Below, piece by piece: positions 1-8,351 of a stretch of 64,000 nucleotides of DNA. The DNA comes from Candidatus Aenigmatarchaeota archaeon (GTDB taxonomy: Archaea > Aenigmatarchaeota > Aenigmatarchaeia > CG10238-14 > SCSR01). The stretch spans positions 64,001-128,000 of the forward strand of contig JAWBWS010000001.1 of assembly GCA_038999725.1 (NCBI GenBank), in the 5' to 3' direction. The number at the start of each line of letters is the position of its first letter. The first letter of the stretch is position 1. The notes beneath the pieces were generated by a model that saw nothing but the letters and a program-made list of their open reading frames with translations, was not told where the DNA came from and made no database searches. The position numbers and the translations under genes were made by a program.

Positions 1-840
1 AAGTGGGAAGACATAGGTGATTTGGAAGAAGTGAAGCAACAACTTAAGGAAATGGTGGAATGGCCTTTGAAACATCCAGAAAGTTTTGAGAGACTTGGGA
101 TTACCCCTCCAAAAGGAATTTTGCTTTATGGACCTCCAGGCTGTGGAAAAACTCTGCTTGCAAAGGCTGTTGCAAATGAAAGTGGGGCAAACTTCATAAG
201 TGTTAAAGGGCCTGAAGTTTTTACGATGTGGTTTGGAGAATCTGAAAGAAAGATAAGGGATTTGTTCAGAAGAGCAAGACAAGTTGCTCCAGCCATAATT
301 TTCTTGGATGAAGTAGATGCTTTGGCTCCGAGAAGAGGTTATTATAGGGGGAGCGCCGCAACAGAAACAGTTGTATCTCAACTTTTGACAGAGCTTTCTG
401 GGATAGAAGAAACCAAGGGAGTTGTTGTTATTGCAGCAACAAACAGACCAGATATGGTCGATCCTGCTCTGCTCAGGCCTGGGAGAATTGATAGATTTGT
501 TCTTATACCACCACCAAACTTAAAGGCGAGACTTGAAATTTTGAAGATTCACACTAGAAACATGCCTTTGAAAGGAGTTGATCTTAAAGAAATTGCTGAG
601 AGAACGGAAGGATTTTCCGGTGCCGACTTAGAAGCACTTTGTAGAGAGGCTGCCATGAATGCATTGAGAGAGGATATAAAAACAAAAGCTGTGGAGAAGA
701 GGCACTTTGAAGAAGCTTTGAAAAAAATGACGCCAAGCTTGACGAAAGATGTTTTAGCTTATTATGAGAAGTTTGTTGAAAGGGCTAGGAAAGTAAGAAA
801 GCCTGAAGAAGAAAGAGAACAATTCGGCTACATAGGATAA
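1..840 (+). CDS. cdc48: CDC48/VAT AAA+ ATPase, C-terminal D2 part (5' truncated by window)
   Basis: Frame open from base 1 ([13 protein letters not shown]); Walker A GPPGCGKT, Walker [32 protein letters not shown]. Confidence 0.95.
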   Translation, partial: KWEDIGDLEEVKQQLKEMVEWPLKHPESFERLGITPPKGILLYGPPGCGKTLLAKAVANESGANFISVKGPEVFTMWFGESERKIRDLFRRARQVAPAIIFLDEVDALAPRRGYYRGSAATETVVSQLLTELSGIEETKGVVVIAATNRPDMVDPALLRPGRIDRFVLIPPPNLKARLEILKIHTRNMPLKGVDLKEIAERTEGFSGADLEALCREAAMNALREDIKTKAVEKRHFEEALKKMTPSLTKDVLAYYEKFVERARKVRKPEEEREQFGYIG

Positions 841-873
841 AAATTTGAAAATTAAATTATTATAAGGAGAAAA

Positions 874-1299
874 ATGTTGATAAAAGACGTGATGAATAGG
901 AGTGTTGTGGTAGTTAAACCCAACATTAGCTTGAGGGGAGCTTCTAAACTCATGTGCGAGAAACATATAGGAAGCTTAATAGTTGTTGAAAATGAAGAGA
1001 TAGTTGGAATCTTAACACAAACGGATATTTTGAAAGCAGTGGCGGAAGAAAGAGATTTGGATTTAACAACAGTAGAGGAAGTGATGAACAAAAAGGTCTT
1101 CACCATAGATTATGAAAAAACTATAGAGGATGCTGTGGATCTCATGATGGAAAAGAAGATAAAAAGGCTGCCTGTGACAAAGGATGGTAAACTGGTGGGA
1201 ATAATAACCGCAAGCGATATAATAACGGTTGAGCCAAAACTGATAACAGGGATTGCAAGTTTGCTTTCGATGAAAATTCCTGGATATAAGGGCGGCTAG
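874..1299 (+). CDS. CBS-domain pair protein
   Basis: Two CBS repeats (IGSLIVV...IVGILTQTDI; IKRLPV...LVGIITASDI); AGGAGA upstream. Confidence 0.9.
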   Translation: MLIKDVMNRSVVVVKPNISLRGASKLMCEKHIGSLIVVENEEIVGILTQTDILKAVAEERDLDLTTVEEVMNKKVFTIDYEKTIEDAVDLMMEKKIKRLPVTKDGKLVGIITASDIITVEPKLITGIASLLSMKIPGYKGG

Positions 1300-1455
1300 G
1301 TGAGAAAGATTCTGGCAAGATGCTTTTGTCCAAAACACGGTAAGCTAACCCTTGAAGAGATAGTGATTAAGAATGGAATTCCTATTTGCTCTAAGTGCTC
1401 CAGTGAACTCCAGTTTGGTAATGTGAGACCTAGATTTAACTTCAAGAAGAGATAA
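1300..1455 (+). CDS. Small zinc-ribbon protein (51 aa, not in ORF track)
   Basis: GTG directly after CBS stop; MRKILARCFCPKHGKL...PICSKCSSEL (CxxH and CxxC). Confidence 0.65.
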   Translation: MRKILARCFCPKHGKLTLEEIVIKNGIPICSKCSSELQFGNVRPRFNFKKR

Positions 1456-1456
1456 A

Positions 1457-1597
1457 ATGGTGGAATGCCCAAACTGTAAGTCAAAGAACATAAAGTTTAT
1501 GCCCTGGCTTGGAATAATTTACGAGTGTAAAGATTGTGGATACAGAGGACCTATAATAATCAAGAGGAAGACCAAATCCCAATCTTCCTTTCCCTAG
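1457..1597 (+). CDS. Small zinc-ribbon protein (46 aa, not in ORF track)
   Basis: MVECPNCKSKNIKFMPWLGIIYECKDCGYRGP, CxxC...CxxCGY; starts 1 nt after previous stop. Confidence 0.75.
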   Translation: MVECPNCKSKNIKFMPWLGIIYECKDCGYRGPIIIKRKTKSQSSFP

Positions 1598-2006
1598 CTT
1601 CTTGCTCTGCTTTTTGAAGGCAATTATAATATTTGCTGTTTTCCCTTCCTACATTCTTGGCAAACCCAAGCCTAACCAACTCACAATTGACAAGCTTTCC
1701 ATCTGAAAAAACATATCTCAAGAGTCTCCCATACTTATCTCTCTCCAAAAAAGGGTCTTTCTCTAGGACAATTTTTCCTCCCTCAACCATTTCTCTTAAA
1801 GCAAGGGTAGCTTCTTGGTAAAAAGGTTCTGAAGCCTCTGGGGCATCTATATCAAGAAGCCTTATTCTCTCACCGTTTTTCAACTCTATTGTATCCCCAT
1901 CTATAACTAGAATATATTCTTCCCCAGCATCTAGGTAAATTGACTTCATTAGCCAAAAAAAGATTAAGAGGATTGTTGGGAGAAAGTAGATTATTCTCCT
2001 AAGCAT
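1560..2006 (-). CDS. Thermonuclease (SNase-like), membrane-anchored or secreted
   Basis: VIDGDTI, IRLLDIDAPE, DKYGRLLRYV, EQEARERKIGIWS; N-terminal hydrophobic helix. Confidence 0.92.
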   Translation of the reverse strand: MLRRIIYFLPTILLIFFWLMKSIYLDAGEEYILVIDGDTIELKNGERIRLLDIDAPEASEPFYQEATLALREMVEGGKIVLEKDPFLERDKYGRLLRYVFSDGKLVNCELVRLGFAKNVGRENSKYYNCLQKAEQEARERKIGIWSSS

Positions 2007-2131
2007 GTTCCATTTCTATCTTTTGATGCAATTAATCTTTCTTCACCTACTCTATAAGATAGGAAAAATAACCACTTTACAGTAGAGTCAGAGATAGGTT
2101 TTTAAATACAGTCCTACAAAGTATGGTTAAG

Positions 2132-2245
2132 ATGAGTATGACATTACCACAACTTAAACTATGGCAATGGGCCGTTGTTGCAATAGTAGTAATAGTTCTT
2201 CTAGTGCTGCTGGCCCAGTATATGGGATGGATAACCCTATTCTAA
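2132..2245 (+). CDS. Small single-TM membrane protein (37 aa; alternative start 2123)
   Basis: MSMTLPQLKLWQWAVVAIVVIVLLVLLAQYMGWITLF; TTTAAATA ~25 nt upstream and T-rich tract downstream. Confidence 0.6.
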   Translation: MSMTLPQLKLWQWAVVAIVVIVLLVLLAQYMGWITLF

Positions 2246-2281
2246 ACAAACTTTCCAAACCTTTTCTTTCTTTTTTTAAAA

Positions 2282-2513
2282 CTAGCTAGCTATGTTTTTC
2301 TCGAATTTTATTCCCCTCTCGAAAGCTTTCTCATCTACATGCCCATATTTTTCTATGACTTCAGAAGATCGTGTTTCCCCAAGCTTTTTTGAACAATCCT
2401 CACAAACCGTCACAACCCTTTTTACTATCTTCATCCCCAAGGGTGAAAACCTTCCCATTTCCTCCACATAAGTCACATTTGCCTTCAAAAGTGGCCGAAA
2501 GCTTTATTCTCAT
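2282..2513 (-). pseudogene. Zinc-finger protein (CxxC...CxxC) split by a +1 frameshift (pseudogene or assembly error)
   Basis: MRIKLSATFEGKCDLCGGNGKVFTLGDEDSK joins RVVTVCEDCSKKLG... if one A is removed from the A5 run at 2419-2423. Confidence 0.65.
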
Positions 2514-2544
2514 TATCACTATTTGTTCCCCATCCTATTTAAAC

Positions 2545-3012
2545 TCAGAGTCTATCCAGGAGCAAGTGAAGGGAATAGAGGGAGTAAATTAAAGAGAAAG
2601 AAAGGAGAGAATCATGAAAGTTAAAGTTAAAGGTTAGACAAAGGAAAAAAGTTGCTAGGAGTGAAAAGATGAGGGAAAAGGCAAAAGTGTGAGTAATTCC
2701 TCTATGTTTGCTTGGCCAGAGGGTTATTAAGAAGTAGGAGAGAAAAAAATAGGGAAAAGCGTAGTACCATGTGTTTGGAAAAAGGATAAAATAAACTAAG
2801 GCAAGAAGTGATGAAAAAAATAGGGAAAAGGTTTTTCTTGATTTGGATTTTCTCATATCTATATCTGGAAAAATGCTTACAATTAGAGTAAGTAAAATGA
2901 AAACAAGGATTTTTCGGAAGCTTAGGTTAAAGATGGGAAGAAGTTGATTGAAAGCAATAAAAAGAGAAAATAGAAGGAGACCAAAAATCAAATGAACTTT
3001 CCAATCTGGCAT
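2545..3012 (-). CDS. Membrane-bound metal-dependent hydrolase (YdjM/DUF457-like)
   Basis: H near N-terminus, FPDID, HRGITHT, HLLLD motifs in a hydrophobic protein. Confidence 0.85.
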   Translation of the reverse strand: MPDWKVHLIFGLLLFSLFIAFNQLLPIFNLSFRKILVFILLTLIVSIFPDIDMRKSKSRKTFSLFFSSLLALVYFILFPNTWYYAFPYFFLSYFLITLWPSKHRGITHTFAFSLIFSLLATFFLCLTFNFNFHDSLLSFSLIYSLYSLHLLLDRL

Positions 3013-3025
3013 CCAACCACAAAAA

Positions 3026-3137
3026 TAGCCCCGGGCAGATTCGAACTGCCGTGTTCAGGTTTCTTTCTTCATCTTTTATCCGAGCTTTAGACTTTAAGTC
3101 CAAAGCCTGACATCCTTGACCGCTAGATGACGGGGCT
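3026..3137 (-). tRNA. tRNA-Gln(UUG), 39-nt intron at 37/38 (3061-3099)
   Basis: AGCCCCG/CGGGGCT acceptor, TCAGG-CTTTGG[intron]A-CCTGA, GGCAG-TTCGAAT-CTGCC. Confidence 0.93.
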
Positions 3138-3173
3138 GTCTAAAAATAATTTAATCTTTTTATAAAATTTATT

Positions 3174-3404
3174 CTATTTATCCATTCCCACGACTTTAAT
3201 CCCCTTTGTTGTCACCACATAACTGCTTGAACCAAGGGGTGAAACTTTAGCTAAATAGCCCTTCTCTTCCAGGGATTTAAGTACATTCTCTAAAACAACA
3301 AGATCAGCTTTACCTTCAACCAACTTGAAAAGCTCCTCCTTGCTCATCACAAGCTTTTTAGCAATTTCCTCAAGAATTTCTTTTTCTATTCCATCAACTT
3401 CCAT
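3174..3404 (-). CDS. Small winged-helix protein
   Basis: LENVLKSLEEKGYL...YVVTTKG wing signature. Confidence 0.7.
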   Translation of the reverse strand: MEVDGIEKEILEEIAKKLVMSKEELFKLVEGKADLVVLENVLKSLEEKGYLAKVSPLGSSSYVVTTKGIKVVGMDK

Positions 3405-3938
3405 TCAAGCCACCAGCTGCTCTTTAAGCTCCCAGGCTTTTTCCCTTCCCAAAAGCTTTTCAACTATAGCTAAAGCGAATTCGAGGGCAGTTCCTGGCCC
3501 TTGGGAAGTTATAATATTTGCATCTACAACAACCCTTTCATCTCTTGGGTATGGTAATTCTTTTTCCATTCCAGGATAAATTGTTGCCTTTTTATTATCT
3601 AACAAATGGTATTTTGCTAAGATTGAGGGAGCAGCGCAAATAGCTGCTATAAGCTTTCCCTTTTCATTCATTTTTTCCAAGAATTCTTTGACTTTGCTTG
3701 ATTTCAAAAGATTGGCAACACCTTTCGAGCCTCCTGGCAACACAATTCCATCGTATTTTTCCAAATCAACTTCATTCATCTTCTTATCGGCCATTACTCT
3801 TATATTATGACTCCCTGTAACCCAGCCGGCTGTTATGCCAACTGTATCAACCTCCATACCAGCTCTTCTCAGCACGTCTATTACAGTAATTGCTTCTATC
3901 TCTTCAAAACCATCTGCAAGCAAAACAAGAATTCTCAT
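3405..3938 (-). CDS. DJ-1/PfpI (ThiJ/YajL) family glyoxalase/deglycase
   Basis: GFEEIEA, LPGG, AAICAAP, ITSQGPGTA. Confidence 0.93.
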   Translation of the reverse strand: MRILVLLADGFEEIEAITVIDVLRRAGMEVDTVGITAGWVTGSHNIRVMADKKMNEVDLEKYDGIVLPGGSKGVANLLKSSKVKEFLEKMNEKGKLIAAICAAPSILAKYHLLDNKKATIYPGMEKELPYPRDERVVVDANIITSQGPGTALEFALAIVEKLLGREKAWELKEQLVA

Positions 3939-3969
3939 AAATTAATTTTTGTTTTCATTTTATTTATTT

Positions 3970-4317
3970 ATGAGAAAATTCAAGCAGGTGATTCTTGTAA
4001 GAACAGATTTGAAAATGGGAAAGGGAAAGATAGCAACTCAAGTCGCACACGCTGCCATAGGTGCTTTAAAGCTGGTGAATGAAGAAATAATAAAAAAATG
4101 GGAAAGAGAGGGGAGCAAAAAAGTTGTGTTAAAGGTTAAAAATGGGAAAGAATTGGAAGAAATTTGGAAGAAAGTAAAGAAAGAAAGAATTCCTTGTTTT
4201 CTTGTGAAAGATGCTGGTTTAACTCAAGTCGAGTCAGGAACTATAACAGCTTTAGGAATTGGGCCTGTAGAAGAGGAAAAAATTGACAAGATAACTGGTA
4301 AATTAAAGTTGCTATAG
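3970..4317 (+). CDS. pth2: Peptidyl-tRNA hydrolase Pth2
   Basis: KQVILVRTDLKMGKGKIATQVAHA, DAGLTQV, TALGIGP; ATG at 3970. Confidence 0.95.
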   Translation: MRKFKQVILVRTDLKMGKGKIATQVAHAAIGALKLVNEEIIKKWEREGSKKVVLKVKNGKELEEIWKKVKKERIPCFLVKDAGLTQVESGTITALGIGPVEEEKIDKITGKLKLL

Positions 4318-4325
4318 ATGATTAA

Positions 4326-5801
4326 ATGATAAGTGGAAAATCAGTTGAAAGGGTAAATCTGAGAGAAAATGCAATGATTCTCATTATTTTTTTTCTTTCC
4401 ACAATTTGGTTTATTTTTCAGCACCGTGTTTGTGTAGGTTGGGATTTTGCCGCCTATGTTCTTAACGCAAAATATTGGTTTGGTGAAAGAATTTATTTTG
4501 AACCTTTAAGGCCACCTCTCACGCCTTTCATCATTGGTGTTTTTGGTTCTGTTTTTGGTTGGAAGGCATCAGAATATTTATACATAATTTTAACTTCTTC
4601 CATTTTTCTTTTCTCAACCCTCAAATTGGCTAAAAGTTTGAATTTAAACAGACTCTGTTTTTATGCAATTTCCTTAAATATTTATGTTTTATTAACTGGT
4701 CTTTTCGTTGGCACCGAATTGCTCTCTTTTGCTTTTCTTCAACTCTTTATAGCAGGTTTGATTGAAGGGAAAAATTCTGGCCACTTTCTAGCATTATCTT
4801 CCTTGACAAGATATAATCTTTTGTCAATGCTTCCTTTATTAATTTGCTATAAAAAACCGAGGAAAATTATAAAAAATTTTCTCTTATTCTTTTTTGTTTG
4901 GCTTCCTTGGCTCATTTACAACTATTTTTCATATGGAAACATTTTAGCTAGTTTCTTTGATAATTACTTGCTTAATATAAAAGAGAGGCAGTATATGTAT
5001 CAAACATTTAATCCAACTCATATTCTACTTGTTACAAATTTTTTAACTCCCTTCTTCTTCCTTAGTTTGTTCCATTTCCTGCTCAGCTTGAGAAGGAAAC
5101 CCATCACGCTGAAATTTTTATTGAGCAAAAAAATTGAATTTTTAATGTTGTTAATTTTTATAATCACAATCCTTCTCTACATTAACACGCCCCTCAAAGA
5201 TCCTAGATTTTTGTTTAACCTAACCCTTCCTGTAGTTTATTTTTCTAGTATTGCCTACCCCTTCAAAAAATTCAGGAAAAGCCTCATGTTATTTTCTATA
5301 ACAATATTCATATTTTCATTGATATCTTCATTGCTTTTGTCTCCCCAAGAAACTGATTCTTGTCTACAACCTTATAAGGCGGCAGTTGAAAGAATAGAAA
5401 ATTTAAATCTGAAAAACTGCTCGATGATGTCCAATGGTTGGGTATACCTCAACTATTTAGGTCAAGCTTCTAAACCAAGCCTGAGAAAAGAATTAGTTTT
5501 GCCTTTGATTCAAGAAGGAGAATTGATCCTACTTTTTTACCACATAAGTGAGCCAGAATATACTAAAAACTCCACATTTATTGAAAACCTACCAATAATT
5601 TATAAGGACAACAGATATGTCTTGATTGGGAATTCCAGATGTAAAGAAAAAGAAATTTTCGATATGTCATACTTAAACCAATTGGCCCAAATCATTCAGA
5701 AGATTTACAACTATTCTATCGATGAAAACTATTGCAAACTTATATTTGATAATGATGTTTTAGCGAAACTTTGCAATCTAGCCACTTACCTAAAAAACTA
5801 A
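4326..5801 (+). CDS. Polytopic GT-C-like glycosyltransferase
   Basis: WDFAAY...LRPPLTP, TELLS, LTRY, KDPRFL motifs; many TM helices. Confidence 0.65.
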   Translation: MISGKSVERVNLRENAMILIIFFLSTIWFIFQHRVCVGWDFAAYVLNAKYWFGERIYFEPLRPPLTPFIIGVFGSVFGWKASEYLYIILTSSIFLFSTLKLAKSLNLNRLCFYAISLNIYVLLTGLFVGTELLSFAFLQLFIAGLIEGKNSGHFLALSSLTRYNLLSMLPLLICYKKPRKIIKNFLLFFFVWLPWLIYNYFSYGNILASFFDNYLLNIKERQYMYQTFNPTHILLVTNFLTPFFFLSLFHFLLSLRRKPITLKFLLSKKIEFLMLLIFIITILLYINTPLKDPRFLFNLTLPVVYFSSIAYPFKKFRKSLMLFSITIFIFSLISSLLLSPQETDSCLQPYKAAVERIENLNLKNCSMMSNGWVYLNYLGQASKPSLRKELVLPLIQEGELILLFYHISEPEYTKNSTFIENLPIIYKDNRYVLIGNSRCKEKEIFDMSYLNQLAQIIQKIYNYSIDENYCKLIFDNDVLAKLCNLATYLKN

Positions 5802-6433
5802 ATTAGCTTCTTTATTTTTTCCATATCCTGAAATCCTGGATAAACCTTCTCATTGATTACCAATGTAGGCACAAAAGTTATTCCATACTTTTTCTTTAAA
5901 GCAGCTATGGCTGGGTTTTCTATATCAAAATCAAAGGCGTAAATTGTAACTTTTTCTGGATATTTTTCATAAATGTGATCCAACACAAATCCCTGATTCT
6001 CGCTTTCTGTGACATTTTCGCGATTTGAATAGAAAAAAATTATAATCGTGACATTTTTACCACATTTTTCTTTCCATGTTTGTATAAGCAAAAGATGATT
6101 AATTAAAAGTAATTCATACTCTTCTTTCAACCTCAACACATACACATCGTTTTTTCCTCTCAAGTTTTCTAGCATTGCAACTTCTCTTCCCAATTCAAGT
6201 TTTTCTTTACCCATTTCTTTCAAAACATCATAATTACAAATCTCTCCCTCCAAAATTTTTGCTTGAAGTATAGCACCACTTATCTTGTTTTTTATTTCAT
6301 CATAGGTCGAAAACATCTCTTTTATCCTAAAATCTGATATATAATAACCCAAGAAAATTCCTAGGAGGAATATGGAAAGTGTTATTATTAAAGCTTCCAC
6401 ATACCTTCCTGTGCTCAATTTTCTTTTTTGCAT
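5798..6433 (-). CDS. Membrane-anchored protein with C-terminal thioredoxin-like fold
   Basis: N-terminal TM; IIFFYS...YGITFVPTLVINEKVYPGF; no CxxC. Confidence 0.6.
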   Translation of the reverse strand: MQKRKLSTGRYVEALIITLSIFLLGIFLGYYISDFRIKEMFSTYDEIKNKISGAILQAKILEGEICNYDVLKEMGKEKLELGREVAMLENLRGKNDVYVLRLKEEYELLLINHLLLIQTWKEKCGKNVTIIIFFYSNRENVTESENQGFVLDHIYEKYPEKVTIYAFDFDIENPAIAALKKKYGITFVPTLVINEKVYPGFQDMEKIKKLI

Positions 6434-6458
6434 ATTATTAATTGTAATTAAAATAAAT

Positions 6459-7670
6459 TTACCATTTTGGTTTTTTCCTGAAGAAGAGTCTAGAAAGAGT
6501 TATAATTTCAAATAAAGACAAAACCCAAGAATAGAAAAGAATATGGACTAGAAATCTCTTAAACTTAATTTTTCTATTCTTTCCTCTTATTAGAAGAAAA
6601 AACAAAATCGAAATCAAGAACATGAAAATAAATGCAAAAGTTCTTATGTCAAGTAGTGTGTAAAACAATACTGTGCTTGAGAAAATAGATTTAGTATTGA
6701 TTTCATAATTCACAAGTTGTAATAATTCAAGTGATCTCAGAGTGGTGGTAATAGTGTTGAGGATATTTAAGAAAATTACTAGCAAGAGTGCTCCAATGCA
6801 TATTAAAATTTGGGGTAGGATGAAAGCTCCCAAATCACCGTATTCAAGTCCTAGCAACTTTCTATATTTTATCAATTCAACAAAAGTGCCGTACCTCCAT
6901 CTTACCCTTTGTCTCATCAAACCTCTGAAATTATTTGGGACTACTGTGTGAACTTTAGCATCATAAGCATGCGCGATGTTGAAACCATGAAGATTTATTC
7001 TCAAACCAATCTCAAAATCTTCCGTGAGACTATTTTCATCAAACCCACCGTATTTTTTGAAAAATTGAGATTTGAAGAGTACTGCGGCCGGTGCAACTGG
7101 AATTGAGTAAATTGAGGCTGTGAGCTTTCTGAAGAAATTCATGATGATGTATTCTGTCTCTTGTATTTTTTCTAAGAGATTTCTAGGCTTATAAACTTCT
7201 ATTGAAGGCAATACAGCAACCGTATCTTTATCTTGAATTTCTGAAACCATTTTAATCAAAGTGTTTTTTTCAAGAAAGCAATCTGCATCCATAGTCAAAA
7301 CAAACTCACTTTTTACCTTTTTAAGACCATAATTTAAAGCACTTGCCTTTCCTCCCTTTTCTTTCCTATATACTCTTACACCCTGCTTTCTAAATTTACT
7401 TACAATCTCATAAGTTCTATCGGTAGAGCCATCATCCACAACAATTATCTCTAGCTTATTTTTGGGATAGTTTGAATTCAAAATGGATTTAATTGCTTTT
7501 CCTATGTTTTTTTCTTCATTGTAAGCTGGAATTATCACAGAAATCTTTGGAAATTTTCCACTAAATTTCTTACCATCAAAATCACTAGATTTTTGGATAA
7601 AAAGAAGAAAAAACCAAATTGCTATGTAAGTGTAAATGAAGCAAACTGCTAGTATGATAAACAACATCAC
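6459..7670 (-). CDS. Processive GT2 glycosyltransferase (cellulose synthase/PgaC-like)
   Basis: IIPAYNEE, VVDDGSTD, GKASALN, DAD, TED, RQRVRW (QxxRW). Confidence 0.92.
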   Translation of the reverse strand: MMLFIILAVCFIYTYIAIWFFLLFIQKSSDFDGKKFSGKFPKISVIIPAYNEEKNIGKAIKSILNSNYPKNKLEIIVVDDGSTDRTYEIVSKFRKQGVRVYRKEKGGKASALNYGLKKVKSEFVLTMDADCFLEKNTLIKMVSEIQDKDTVAVLPSIEVYKPRNLLEKIQETEYIIMNFFRKLTASIYSIPVAPAAVLFKSQFFKKYGGFDENSLTEDFEIGLRINLHGFNIAHAYDAKVHTVVPNNFRGLMRQRVRWRYGTFVELIKYRKLLGLEYGDLGAFILPQILICIGALLLVIFLNILNTITTTLRSLELLQLVNYEINTKSIFSSTVLFYTLLDIRTFAFIFMFLISILFFLLIRGKNRKIKFKRFLVHILFYSWVLSLFEIITLSRLFFRKKPKW

Positions 7671-7701
7671 TCCAATCTAAATCTTATTTGACTGTAAAAA
7701 A

Positions 7702-8280
7702 TTAAACTTTTATCTCAAGTATAGACATTAAGAATTTAACTACAGCCAAATCAAAATTTTTCAACTGCTCCCTTAGGCTTGTCGCATTCCTGCCTTGAAT
7801 GTAAACAACATGATCTTCCAGTTTTACTGAAGTTTCATTTGAAAAGACTGGATGAACGAGGGCAATTATCGGATTTTCTCTTCTTCCTCTTAGATTTTCA
7901 TAACTTGTAACATTAACAACTTTGAAGTTTGGCATGTAGGCAAAATTAAGCTTGTAAGCTATTGCAAGCTTGTTCACTATTTCAAAAACTTCAATTGCAT
8001 AATGGGCATTGGTTTGGTTTTCACCTGGTTTAAAAACTATTGTTATGTTTTCTACAAGCTGATTCATAATTTCTTTGCGAATCGTTTCTTCGCTTGGATA
8101 AACTACCACATCTTTTACATCTCTTAAATTAACTCTGAATCTCATCTTGACTCCCATATAGTTTACGGAATAGATTGGAAATGGTATATAGGGGTATAGT
8201 GTTATAAGTAATAAGATTGCTAGCAAGAAAAATGTCAAAACTATAATCTTTCCTCTTGTTATAATTACCTTAACTTTCAT
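7702..8280 (-). CDS. Hypothetical membrane-anchored protein
   Basis: 192-aa ORF with N-terminal TM, downstream of the S-layer gene. Confidence 0.65.
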   Translation of the reverse strand: MKVKVIITRGKIIVLTFFLLAILLLITLYPYIPFPIYSVNYMGVKMRFRVNLRDVKDVVVYPSEETIRKEIMNQLVENITIVFKPGENQTNAHYAIEVFEIVNKLAIAYKLNFAYMPNFKVVNVTSYENLRGRRENPIIALVHPVFSNETSVKLEDHVVYIQGRNATSLREQLKNFDLAVVKFLMSILEIKV

Positions 8281-8351
8281 AGAATTAGAATTTGTTTTTC
8301 AAAAATAAAAAGAAAGGGAAAGCTGTCAAAGATTCCAGCAAGGCATCAGCC

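Noticed and set aside
2415..2436. Possible 22-nt BHB intron (CCUU/AAGG) repairing the zinc-finger frameshift
   Set aside because: No inner helix, and it would delete plausible coding residues; a 1-nt homopolymer slip is simpler.
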